A stretch of 64,000 nt of DNA, taken from assembly GCA_950097015.1 (NCBI GenBank), contig CATNEN010000039.1:10850001-10914000 (forward strand), given 5' to 3'. The stretch comes from Macrostomum hystrix (taxonomy: Eukaryota > Animalia > Platyhelminthes). The notes below the pieces were generated by a model that had not been told where the DNA came from, did not search any database, and saw nothing but the letters and a program-made list of their open reading frames with translations. Position 1 is the first letter of the stretch, and every line of letters starts with the position of its first letter. Of the stretch, positions 39,251-50,525 are shown piece by piece. The position numbers and the translations under genes were made by a program.

Positions 39251-40145
39251 GACTGCCAATAGCAATTAAGAAACGAGTTAATAGGTAAAGTGAAATTGCA
39301 GATAACTTTTAATGTTGTGTAAATATATTAACTGCAGTGCGCTAAGCGATTAAAACCAGAAAATATGGTATAGATATTTGGATAAAAATTAAGTCGTGTC
39401 TACTTCCCGGAAAGATGTATCTTTAAATTTAAGAACTTGATGCATTATTACATTTAAACAAAAACAAGCATTGTTTAGTTTCTAGTTTAGTTTAGTTTAG
39501 TTGAGTTTAGTTTTCAGTGCTTAACTATTGTTTATTTAGCAATAAAAGTGATAAAAAGTTACAAAAAAGAGTTTTTTTTCCCTAAAATAAGAAATCTATA
39601 TTTTTTAATTTATACCATTGATCTCCAATGTTCACACTCCACATGTACATATCGAGCTTCCTGCTTTAGCTTTACTATATCTCTTGGATTTACCATTTAC
39701 CAAACCATTAAAATCGTAACATATAGACTCCGTACCATCCACGAATAAATCTGAGTAGTTTGATGCAATGCTTTTCGAACCATATGAAAAAGGGCTGCTT
39801 TCTTAAAGCTTGTTTAAAAGTCTAGCTGCTAGCTCACAAATATTGAGAAGTATTTTTGGCGGTCATAATAGTCTTGTAAATTTGCCAATCAAATAACTTG
39901 CATTTGTGAATGAATAACATTTTGATGCGTCATAATAATAATCCTAAACCTGACTGCGGCTCAACATTTAGAAGACAATAAGAAGCTAAAAACTCGACAT
40001 CACAGTTGATTGTCGATATATCTTAACCCAAGCGAGCATTGAATTGTAGAATTAGTGTGCAAGGCAACCAATATATTTGCTACTTTAACCTTTTAAAGCA
40101 TTCTCCAGGAGAGCATAGATTCAAATTCAAGCTTGTTTTGTCGCG

Positions 40146-43100
40146 TTAAATATCGCAGAGATGGCACTTGTTCCAATCCAGGACTCTCTCGGCCGCGTAG
40201 TAGATTCCGTCGTAGCAAACTAAAATGGCGACGGGGGGTTCGGACACATTGCCACCGATGTTCAGATATTCAATTCCAGGATTGGGGTTTATTCCAAAAC
40301 TCGACCTACTGCTCCAGTTTCCGATGCCAATAAACGCAGCACAGCTCTGCCCCCTAATCGGAGGCTCGAAAAGTCCCGGAAGAAGCTTCCATTCGATGAT
40401 TCGGGCTTCGATCAAGCTGCCGTTGGATTTGCTCATGACTTCGTGGTAGACACTCGGATTACAGCTGATCCATATCGCTGTGTCATTGTCTAAATCGTTT
40501 GAGAACACAATACCCCTCTGACTGACGTCGCGCTCATTATATAGACCGTCCGTTGAGCCAAATACTGTATTAGTGTCTGTGTCAAAGCCCAGAATATTGG
40601 AAACTTGAGGCCCAAGGTCTGAAAGATAAGTTCTTCGCTTTTAGGATTTAAAGCACATCTTTAACGATTTTAAAGCCAATTTCTATATTGAACACTCTCG
40701 ATAAGTTCTCACACTGCCACTTATTTGTGTTCACACTGTTGGTCCTGAAGCACTTGTTGCGGCCAGTTAAAAATGTCGTGTCACTACTTGGCATGAAGTC
40801 GCAATAGAACAGGGTGCTCATTGAATCATTTAGGATGAGAACACTACGATTAATGCTCTGGTCAATGAAATCTCGCAATTGACAGGCGTCTGAAAAGTCA
40901 TACAAGAGAATAGAAGCCTTTCGGATGATTGTTTTAACCAATGTGTGTTGGGGTTGAAAAAATATTGTGGTTTTCAGAGCATGCTCAAAGAGATACGTAC
41001 CGAATGGCTGTGAGTCAATCAGATCAGAGGCATTACACCCGAATAGGTCAAATTTGAAGTTGATTTGGCTGTCAGCCGTCTGGGTGGTGCCGCAAATGCC
41101 GATGCGAACTCCACGGGAGACTATAGTCCTGTCCAGCATGAGCATTGCGATGTTGTCAATGTACACTTTTTCGATGGAATGCTGAAAACAGAAGAAACTG
41201 CCGGTGAGTCTGTGTCGCATGGAGGCAGTTGAAATTAAAGCAAATAAAAGGAAAGACATGCTAATACGAGTACAATCATGGTCGGCATTTAGACTTTAAG
41301 ACTTTATTTCGTGACTTAGTATCATTTAACTTCAACAACAATTGCAGCTGACCTTTGAGTCGGGAGTTCAAATCTTAGCCCATGAAAAAAATTTATCCTT
41401 TGACACGACACCTAATTATCAATTTTCAGTTCACCAATTTGTAAAGTGCGTGCTAGCATGCATTAGCTGAGGTGGAAGTTTTGGTGAGTGTGCGGTCCAA
41501 AAGTCCATGGACTGAACAGCTGTACACAGTGTTTAGAAGCTCCGCTCAATAACTGCGGCTGTAGCACTGACTGTACATATGACCCAACTTGATTAAGGTG
41601 TCACTTCTTTTCTATCTCTTCTACGCTCGTCTAAGCTCGTTCAATGATTACCTGATATTTGCGAAACAATAGTGATGCAATTTTGGTGATGTGACTTACA
41701 GTTTCCACAAAAGAAAACGACCGACCATCCATAGTTTTGTACACGTTGAGGCAAGTGACTCGATTGGCACCGGCCTCCGAGTAAATGGAAATTCTGTTCA
41801 GTCGTTTCAGACTGCCAAACAGCACCGTGACGTACCGAAAGTTGCCGTAGCTACCGCTGCGCACGTGCGGCACCCAGCCGAGAGCGGAGGGCCTCGCCTG
41901 GCTGGCCCCACGGCTGGCGTTGGGAGACATGAAGCTGCTGATCTGGCAATCCCGGATTGTGTCGTTCATTCCCAGTGACTCGCTGCACGCTGGGTGATAT
42001 GGTTATGAAATTTCATGCCTTTGCAGCTTCTGTTGTTGCCGAGTTCGTGCTGGCTATATTTTTATGGATCTACTTCTAGTAGAGGTTTACGTTAGAATCC
42101 GGAGCTTGAGCTAATTGTAGAGCTTATCCAAAAACTGATTGGGACTGCTCGTACGGCGTTCGTACAGCGTCCGCTCTAACTGGGTTAAAGGTCCCTTTAG
42201 CAATTAAGGCTTCTCCAGGCTTTCGCCAAGTGGAATACTCACACTTAGGCTTTCTTTTGAACGTTGGCAGTCTGAGGAAAAAACGGTCTCGTATTTATAG
42301 CCATTTGTACCTCACCCTCACGTGATTTAATCAAGAAAAATTACAAATTTGGTCATGAAGAGCTGGGAGACAGCAAACTGTTTTAATTTTGGCTTAATTG
42401 CCGCTCTCTCATTGGTTGGAGGGATGTCACGTGAATGTGCTAAAAATAGGCACAGCTATCCGCGGAATTTTACTGAGGAAATTCCCGAGCCGGTACATGA
42501 CTCAACGAATGATAACTCTATTATTATTCCTGCTTAAAGAATACTTTAACCTTATCAGCACACAGTATCATACAGCGGTAGGGACTTACCACTAAGGAAA
42601 GCTAGTGAGCTAATGAGGTAGTAATCCTATTAGTTAGCGACTTACTACAATTTTGAAGTGTTCTTAATTTTGCTGGATTTTTAAATGTATCAGAACTCAC
42701 AAGTGAATCTGTCATCAGAGCCAACAATAATACTCTCGTAGGAATATTGTCTCAGCCAGTGACCGCTTTTGGGATTGTTTTCTCTTGCGTGCATCTTGTA
42801 GGTCATCTCCCAGACAATTGTGGCCTTTAAAATCCCTCTTCTCATCGGCAATTCCTGACTCTCGTTCAGCTTCAATTGGAACCTGATTTCAGCTGCGTCG
42901 TCAAAGAAGATAGTGTTTGAAAACTGCGGATGCGTGACGCGAAAGCTGTTTTCAAAGGTATTGAAAATTCACATTTAGAATTCGCCTATAAATTCAGTCC
43001 ATCCTACCAAAAATTTTAAACCCCGACCAGCGGTTAGCTCGGTGCTGACACTGCCAGATGAGTAGCTGGCGTTGGCCTCTCCAACCAGTTGCAGGTAGGC

Positions 43101-46100
43101 CGGGTAGTGAATAAACAGCACCGGATTCTGCAGCTCCGCAGTAGAAGTGTTCTGACAAGTCAGCCTCACAGTCACTGATATGAGGTCGCTGAAGGAACGT
43201 TTTAGAAGTGTCGTAATGGATTTTTTACATTGAATTGCCATTGCAATAATACAAGCTAATTAGCTGTATGCATGATCGATAATATAGTTTCAAAGAAATT
43301 CAAGATGTACTGAAGGAACCCCTAATTTCACAAACTCAAGAGCTAATAAATAAGAATTTCGAAAAAATGTGACATCTACATTTATAATAGTGCTAAAAAA
43401 TCCCCCCCAATCTGAGAATCGCCCTGGCTCACCTGAGAATCGCCCCGGTCCATCTGAGAATCGCCCCGGCCTACCTGAGAATCGCCCCGGTCCATCTGAG
43501 AATCGCCCCGGCCTACCTGAGAATCGCCCCGGCCCACCTGAGAATCGCTTCGGCCCACCTGAGAATCGCCCATCCTAACCTGAGAATCACCCCATCCCAA
43601 CCTGAGAATCGCCCCGGCCCACCTGAGAATCGCCCCGGCCCACCTGAGAATCGCCCCGGCCCACCTGAGAATCGCCCCATCCCAACCTGAGAATCGCCCC
43701 ATCCCAACCTGAAAATCGCCCCCATCCCAACCTGAGAATCGCCCCATCCCAACCTGAAAATCGCCCCCATCCCAACCTGAGAATCGCCCCATCCCAACCT
43801 GAGAATCGCCCCATCCCAACCTGAGAATCGCCCCATCCCAACCTGAAAATCGCCCCCATCCCAACCTGAGAATCGCCCCATGCCAACCTGAGAATCGCCC
43901 CCATCCCAACCTGAGAATCGCCCCATCCCAACCTGAAAATCGCCCCCATCCCAACCTGAGAATCGCCCCATCCCAACCTGAGAATCGCCCCATCCCAACC
44001 TGAGAATCGCCCCATCCCAACCTGAGAATCGCCCCCATCCCAACCTGAGAATCGCCCCATCCCAACCTGAGAATCGCCCCCATCCCAACCTGAGAATCGC
44101 CCCCATCCCAACCTGAGAATCGCCCCCATCCCAACCTGAGAATCGCCCCATCCCAACCTGAGAATCGCCCCCATCCCAACCTGAGAATCGCCCCATCCCA
44201 ACCTGAGAATCGCCCCCATCCCAACCTGAGAATCGCCCCATCCCAACCTGAGAATCGCCCCCATCCCAACCTGAGAATCGCCCCATCCCAACCTGAGAAT
44301 CGCCCCCATCCCAACCTGAGAATCGCCCCATCCCAACCTGAGAATCGCCCCATCCCAACCTGAGAATCGCCCCATCCCAACCTGAGAATCGCCCCATCCC
44401 AACCTGAAAATCGCCCCATCCCAACCTGAGAATCGCCCCCATCCCAACCTGAAAATCGCCCCATCCCAACCTGAGAATCGCCCCCATCCCAACCTTTATT
44501 TGGATGCTTCATTTTAGGCAAGGAACACGAGGGGTTGGCTTCGTCTCGTTGAAAAAGTTTAGGAGGCTGGTTTTCGCTGATACATTTAATAATAATAATA
44601 ATTGCAGGCGGGCTGCGGGCAATGGCCCATCACTAGACCAACAGCCAGCGAGGAGGCAATTTCCTACTTCTGCCCATTTCGCTGACTCCTGAGCACACAC
44701 ACACAAAGATTCTGTACGCAGGCACACTCTCACACAGGTGTGTGCATCTGCCTTGACTTTCTCATCGTCAGCCAGTGTACACTTTCACTGTGCCTTGGAG
44801 GTTGGCCCTTAAGGGCGTAAATTGCACGACAAGCCCCCAAGCCTTCTCTCCGCGGCTGCGCCCCAAATAAATATGGCCTCGCCGGGGAATCGAACTTAGG
44901 GACCGTGGTGCGAGAGGCAAACGGGTTAACCACTCTGCCACCGACCCCTGTCGCTGATACATAACACGTTGCTAGTTTCCGGGTGTTTTCTGGAGCTATA
45001 TATGTTTTCATGTTTTATTGTTTTCAAATCTACTCGTATGTTTTCATAAATCAAGCCTGACAGAAATAGATGAAGCAATAAATGACTAAACAAAATATGG
45101 TCAGGCTCTAATCAGACACAGTTGCTAACTTTGCGCATAAAATGTGAAAGATTTCCTATCTCCGTAGTGTATTATTCGAAGAAAAACCTGCCTTAGAAAC
45201 ACGTACGCTTAAAAAACTGCCTGAAAAATGACTGACCTGCTTGTAATTATCCACTTCCGCAGTTGCGCAAGATTCGTTGTGACCTGCATGAAAGCGGCCG
45301 CATTCTCAGTGCCAGCGCGAAATATCCGAACAGTTTTGTTGATAACGGCGATGTGAGTCATTATTCGAAAATAGGCGACGAACTGGAAGCTAGACTGATT
45401 CGCAGACTGAATGTGATCAGCTACCTTGAAGCCGATGGTCAGGGTGAACTGGTTGTCGCTGATGGTCGCAGTCCTGCCGTAGCCTCCGTTGTCCGTCAGA
45501 CCGACGGTCTGGGCGATCTGAGTCTTCGAGATGGCCTGGTCCATTTGAACAGTTCCAGCACTGCTGCTGGTCACTAAGCGGTATGATTCAAGGGACAGGC
45601 CGGCCAGGTTGACACCGACGGATTCCAGGTGAAATAGGTCCAGCATAGAGTACCTGAAGTACTGCTCCGAGGGACTACTCTCATTGCCAAAATTTTTGAC
45701 CGAAAAATCCATCGGTCCAGTCTGATAGCTGGGCATAAACACGAGCATAGTGATGTACACAATATCGCCAATGCGAACTGCTGAGTTGTCCTGCTCCTTG
45801 TTGACGATGGTGATTGAGGCGTTGGTTGTCTGAATAGAAAAAATGTGGACTTGTGGGGAAACGATTTTGCACGGACTGCCGATCTTTCTGAGAATTCGAA
45901 ATCCAAAACCGTCAGATACAGATTCGGGCCTGCACTGTCATTTCCATAATAATAACAATGATAACAAAATTATTAATTTTTACACCTTTCCGATTGGGCC
46001 AGATGTGCAGCCAACAGCACAACCACAGCTATTGCGCGGCGCATCCGAAGGCTGTATGTGTACGGCTGATTCAGTCCATGGACTGGGGGGACGCCACACC

Positions 46101-47379
46101 CACCCTCAATTGCCCCAGCTGATGCTGGAACTTTAATAGCTGAGTAAACTGAAGCAATGCAGAATTAAGTGTCTGCTAAAATGCACAAATTATTCCAGTG
46201 GAGTCGGGTATCGAACCATTGACCTTCAAGTCGTGAGTCCGACGCTCTAACCACAGGGCTAAAACCTCTACTGTCCCATCGTCAGATGATTAACTTCCTA
46301 CAGTCCTACACAATTTTCGGGTCGAATAACCCGATGTCTTTCTCTGCCATTTGATCAGTTCTGTAATAAGTTTGCTTGATCGAAGACAATCAAAGCGAAT
46401 GTTAAAAGCAAAATAAATCTACTAACTTTTTGCGCCCAGCTGCTTTCATAATTGACGAATTCCTTCAATTTATCTGCCCAGACAGACAAGGGGCTTGAAA
46501 ACAGCGTTTCGTCGCCGGAGCTGACAGATGCATTCAGAGTGCAGTTGTAGGAGCCCAGGTTAATCAGAGGTCCCTGCCTGACCCGACCGATTGCTTGTAG
46601 GACCATCTGAAGCAGAATTTCAGGATTTCAGAACATCTCACAGTTTAAATCGAACAATTAAGAGCAACACAAATTTCTAACACAAGCCAGCCTGACCTTA
46701 TTGTCTGTGTTGGTAGCCTCGCTAATGTTGGAGTTATTGACAATGCCGAGATCTAAGTAAGTCGTATCGAAAGTCGCTGAGTTGCTGCTGAAAAAGCAGG
46801 CAGTTTGTTTCACCTACTTAATCAGTCATTACAAGTCATGAAATGTGCTTTCTTCACAAACCTCTTTGCTATAATAGATTTGTTAACCCAGGTCAATTTG
46901 TCGGGCAGATTTTGACCAGTCGAAGTGACGATTAGAGCAATAAAATCGATCCGATCGATGCAATTGTCAGCCGCAGAGAATCTTATCGATATGGCACCTC
47001 GGTTTTCAACGGCCACAATAAAGTCCAACTGAACACGGAATGCCTCGCCAGGCAGAAAGGACTCGGGAACCGTGGCACCGTAGAATATAGGAACAAAAAA
47101 CAGGTTGAAGTTGGACACTTGAGCCACTTCACTCTAAAATAGACGTGCCGTTGGAATATCATGTTAGCAATAAAACAAACAAACAATAATTTTTTACAAA
47201 TAGTTGCAGGAGGGCTACAGGCAATGGCACATAATTTGGTGACACTAGACCCACAGCCAGCGAGGAGGCAATTCTGCCCATTTCGCTGACTCCTGAGCAC
47301 ACACGCACACAGATACTGTACGCAGGCACACGCTCACACAGGTGTGTACATCTGCCCTGACTTTCTCATCGTCAGACAG

Positions 47380-47430
<51 letters not shown>

Positions 47431-47443
47431 GACTAACTAACTG

Positions 47444-47522
<79 letters not shown>

Positions 47523-47656
47523 GACTAACTAACTGACTAACTAACTGACTAACTAACTAACTGATTATATCACTTTCTTACCGGGCTGGCTGCTGAGTAC
47601 TGGTTACCACAGAATCCGAGCAGGAATGTCGCTATTAAGTGTAAAATGATACTCAT
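40146..47656 (-). CDS. Large secreted protein with beta-sandwich-like segments and an F5/8 type C (discoidin) domain; exons approx. 47656-47582, 47133-46862, 46787-46697, 46606-46427, 45829-45237, 43188-43008, 42923-42701, 42271-42245, 41991-41699, 41181-about 40680, about 40618-40146
   Basis: Signal peptide MSIILHLIATFLLGFCG; in-phase GT-AG chain through the 5' exons; CSESLGMNDTIRDCQISS...GW.P...YVTVLFG..TMDGRSF is discoidin-like; many NxS/T sites. 3' exon boundaries are less certain. Confidence 0.6.
41350..41610 (+). mobile_element. SINE family C, old copy
   Basis: gagttcaaatc B-box; gtccatggactgaa; caataactgcggctgt. Confidence 0.6.
43405..44494. repeat. 21-23-bp C-rich minisatellite (G4-prone on - strand)
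   Basis: Unit cctgagaatcgcccc(c)atcccaa. Confidence 0.95.
44586..44950 (-). mobile_element. Full-length tRNA-derived SINE family A with 12-bp TSD
   Basis: A-box TGGCAGAGTGG, B-box GTTCGATTCC, (ATT)n tail; TSD tcgctgatacat at 44574-44585 and 44951-44962. Confidence 0.88.
45975..46268 (-). mobile_element. tRNA-derived SINE family C
   Basis: Head TAGCCCTGTGGTTAGAGCGTCGGACTCACGA...GGTTCGATACCC followed by the body shared with 17976-18228. Confidence 0.8.
47200..47378 (-). mobile_element. SINE family A, 3' half
   Basis: Near-identical to 44600-44775; abuts (CTAA)n. Confidence 0.8.
47378..47564. repeat. (CTAA)n microsatellite
   Basis: About 46 units with ctga variants. Confidence 0.97.
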
Positions 47657-48039
47657 CACTGTTGGCAGTGGCCTTAAAAATCGAGATAAAGATTCTGTTT
47701 TGCAGAGATTCCAATTTCAGAACAAAAACGAAATCGTTTTTGCGCAAGAGACCATACGAGCGTAGATATATATTATCAAAATTGTGACTTATTTGCTACG
47801 GTTCTGTTAATTAAATTTTAAATAAAAAAACCGCTAGCTTTTTAATTAAAAAATTCAAGTGCTAGCTTCAGGTACAACTAATCCGATTTAAAGCAACTCA
47901 AACTCTTCAGGATCAGAGCTGATTCTCTAAAGCTTTCAGGCTTTCCTCCCACTTTTCCAGTTCTCGACAAGCAGAAAGCACTTTTTGGTAGAATCTGAGT
48001 ACGATTTTCATAAGCGAATGATAAAATCTGGTAGAAGCA

Positions 48040-49395
48040 GGATCCGTAGCTAGAATCGTAACAGGATTAATCTAGAATCGTGGCAGGATTAATTTAGAAT
48101 CGTAGCAGGATTAATCTAGAATCGTAGCAGGATTAATCTAGAATCGTAGCAGGATTAATCTAGAATCGTAACAGGATTAATCTAGAATCGTGGCAGGATT
48201 AATTTAGAATCGTGGCAGGATTAATTTAGAATCGTAACAGGATTAATCTAGAATCGTGGCAGGATTAATTTAGAATCGTAGCAGGATTAATCTAGAATCG
48301 TAGCAGGATTAATCTAGAATCGTAGCAGGATTAATCTAGAATCGTGGCAGGATTAATCTAGAATCGTAGCAGGATTAATCTAGAATCGTAGCAGGTTTAA
48401 TCTAGAATCGTAGCAGGTTTAATCTAGATTGGTAGCAGGATTAATTTAGAATGGTAACAGGATTAATTTAGAATCGTAGCAGGATTAATCTAGAATCGTA
48501 GCAGGATTAATCTAGAATCGTGGCAGGATTAATTTAGAATCGTAGCAGGATTAATTTAGAATCGTAGCAGGATTAATCTAGAATCGTAGCAGGATTAATC
48601 TAGAATCGTAGCAGGATTAATCTAGAATCGTAGCAGGATTAATCTAGAATCGTAGCAGGATTAATTTAGAATCGTAGCAGGATTAATCTAGAATCGTAGC
48701 AGGATTAATCTAGAATCGTGGCAGGATTAATTTAGAATCGTAGCAGGATTAATCTAGAATCGTAGCAGGATTAATCTAGAATCGTAGCAGGATTAATCTA
48801 GAATCGTAGCAGGATTATTCTAGAATCGTAGCAGGATTAATCTAGAATCGTAGCAGGATTAATCTAGAATCGTAGCAGGATTAATTTAGAATCGTAGCAG
48901 GATAATTCTAGAATCGTAGCAGGATTAATCTAGAATCGTAGCAGGATTAATTAAGAATCGTAGCAGGATTAATTTAGAATCGTAGCAGCATTAATCTAGA
49001 ATCGTGGCAGGATTAATTTAGAATCGTAGCAGGATTAATCTAGAATCGTGGCAGGATTAATCTAGAATCGTGGCAGGATTAATCTAGAATCGTGGCAGGA
49101 TTAATCTAGAATCGTAGCAGGATTAATCTAGAATCGTAGCAGGATTAATCTAGAATCGTAGCAGGATTAATCTAGAATCGTGGCAGGATTAATCTAGAAT
49201 CGTAGCAGGATTAATCTAGAATCGTAGCAGGATTAATCTAGAATCGTAGCAGGATTAATCTAGAATCGTAGCAGGATTAATCTAGAATGGTAGCAGGATT
49301 AATCTAGAATCGTAGCAGGAATAATCTAGAATCGTAGCAGGATTAATCTAGAATCGTGGCAGGATTAACCTAGAATCGTAGCAGGATTAATCTAA
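48040..49395. repeat. 22-bp minisatellite between divergent genes, about 60 copies
   Basis: Unit tagaatcgtagcaggattaatc. Confidence 0.97.
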
Positions 49396-50525
49396 GAGCG
49401 TAGTATCGAATATGTCATATCATTTAATCATTTGCAAGTAGAGGTATTTTAAGCGAGCTTTGCTTATATTAGAAAATATTGATGGTACGAGCGTAAATGT
49501 TAAAGATGTTCGAAAAGCTGCTGCTGGTTCTTCGTCGAGAACTAAGCGATGCATGCGCTGAGTGAGCGAATTCTTTGGCTCTCGTTGGTTAAAAAAGCGC
49601 ATGTTATGAATATGGTCGTACCACACAACATAATGAAGCGTGGCTTACCGCGGCCATTTGACTCAGCTTACAACACCAAACTCAAAGTGAAATTGGCTCG
49701 AAAATATAGCTGCGAGCAGACGTCCTTAAGAAGAACCGGACGCTGCGCCAGCCAGTTACTGTTTTATGCGCAGTTTTTATGCTACAGGATTAAATTTATC
49801 GCGGCACGCGACGATGTGCGTTGATGCGGGAGATTGCTTCAGCTCCTTTGCCAAAAAGAAATTTAAAATACTAAGTAACTGTTAAAAGTTTTACATCTCG
49901 TGGGCCTCTCTTTAAGTGAGTTTGGCATTAAAAGTTGGCATTAAAAGTGGGGTGGAATGCTACTTCCAACAGTTCTACAAGTCTGAACAATAGAAATATT
50001 AAGACCATTGTTTAGGATCAAGGCCGATATTGTGAAAATGCGAGCAGGAGTTGACAAAATACGAACAGGAAAAAGCTGGAGTCGAAATTAACAAAACACG
50101 AGTCGAAATAATTAGACAAAGTGGGAGCCGAAATAAACAAAAGCAAGGCGAAACAAAAAACGGAAGAAATAAACTTTAGAAATAAAAAACACATTCCGAA
50201 ATCACTATTCTCACACAATTATTGCTATGTATGCTGTCATTTTTTGCCTTTAGAATAGGCTTAACGCATGGCTAAACAGACAACTTTCCTGTTGTCAGGA
50301 CTTTTCGGATCGCTAATTGGCCAAGCGATAAAAGCGCGTCGTTGTTGATCCCGAGCCTGTATTGATCAGCCAGCCAATGAGCTGCAGCCAGCTGAACTTT
50401 CTTTGGCTTGCTCTTCGGGCTAAATAAGTCCATCATTACAAAATCCCATCCATCTACGAGCACAAGCTGCATGTAGACACCTTCACAAACGAAAGTGGCT
50501 CTTCGTAGATTATGCTCGATAAAGA

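Noticed and set aside
43382-44521. Long repetitive ORFs here and at 1101-1385, 2418-3150, 11235-11951, 13747-14620, 19070-19600
   Set aside because: They are translations of minisatellites located in introns or spacers bounded by canonical splice sites.
44640-44665. GCCTCCTCGCTGGC (- strand, SINE A; also near 47255-47270) is identical to the P3-L3 segment of the genomic HDV ribozyme
   Set aside because: There is no upstream P1 partner, no GG for P1.1 after the P1' position, and no downstream C-GAA-P2'. The flanking bases pair in a simple 3' stem instead.
44750-44775. CTGACGA...GAAA as a hammerhead core in SINE A (CTGAGGA in SINE B)
   Set aside because: No proper stem II followed by GAAA and no stem III/UH site; better explained as a CTGAC/GTCAG hairpin.
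46195-46268. tRNA gene (CAC anticodon-like)
   Set aside because: Acceptor and anticodon stems pair poorly, and it continues into a body repeated three times in the window, so it is a SINE head.
47378-47564. (CTAA)n as a telomeric repeat
   Set aside because: The unit is TTAG, not TTAGGG or TTAGG; it is an intronic microsatellite.
1108-49395. Tandem arrays as CRISPR arrays
   Set aside because: Units are contiguous with no unique spacers, there are no cas genes, and the context is eukaryotic and intronic.
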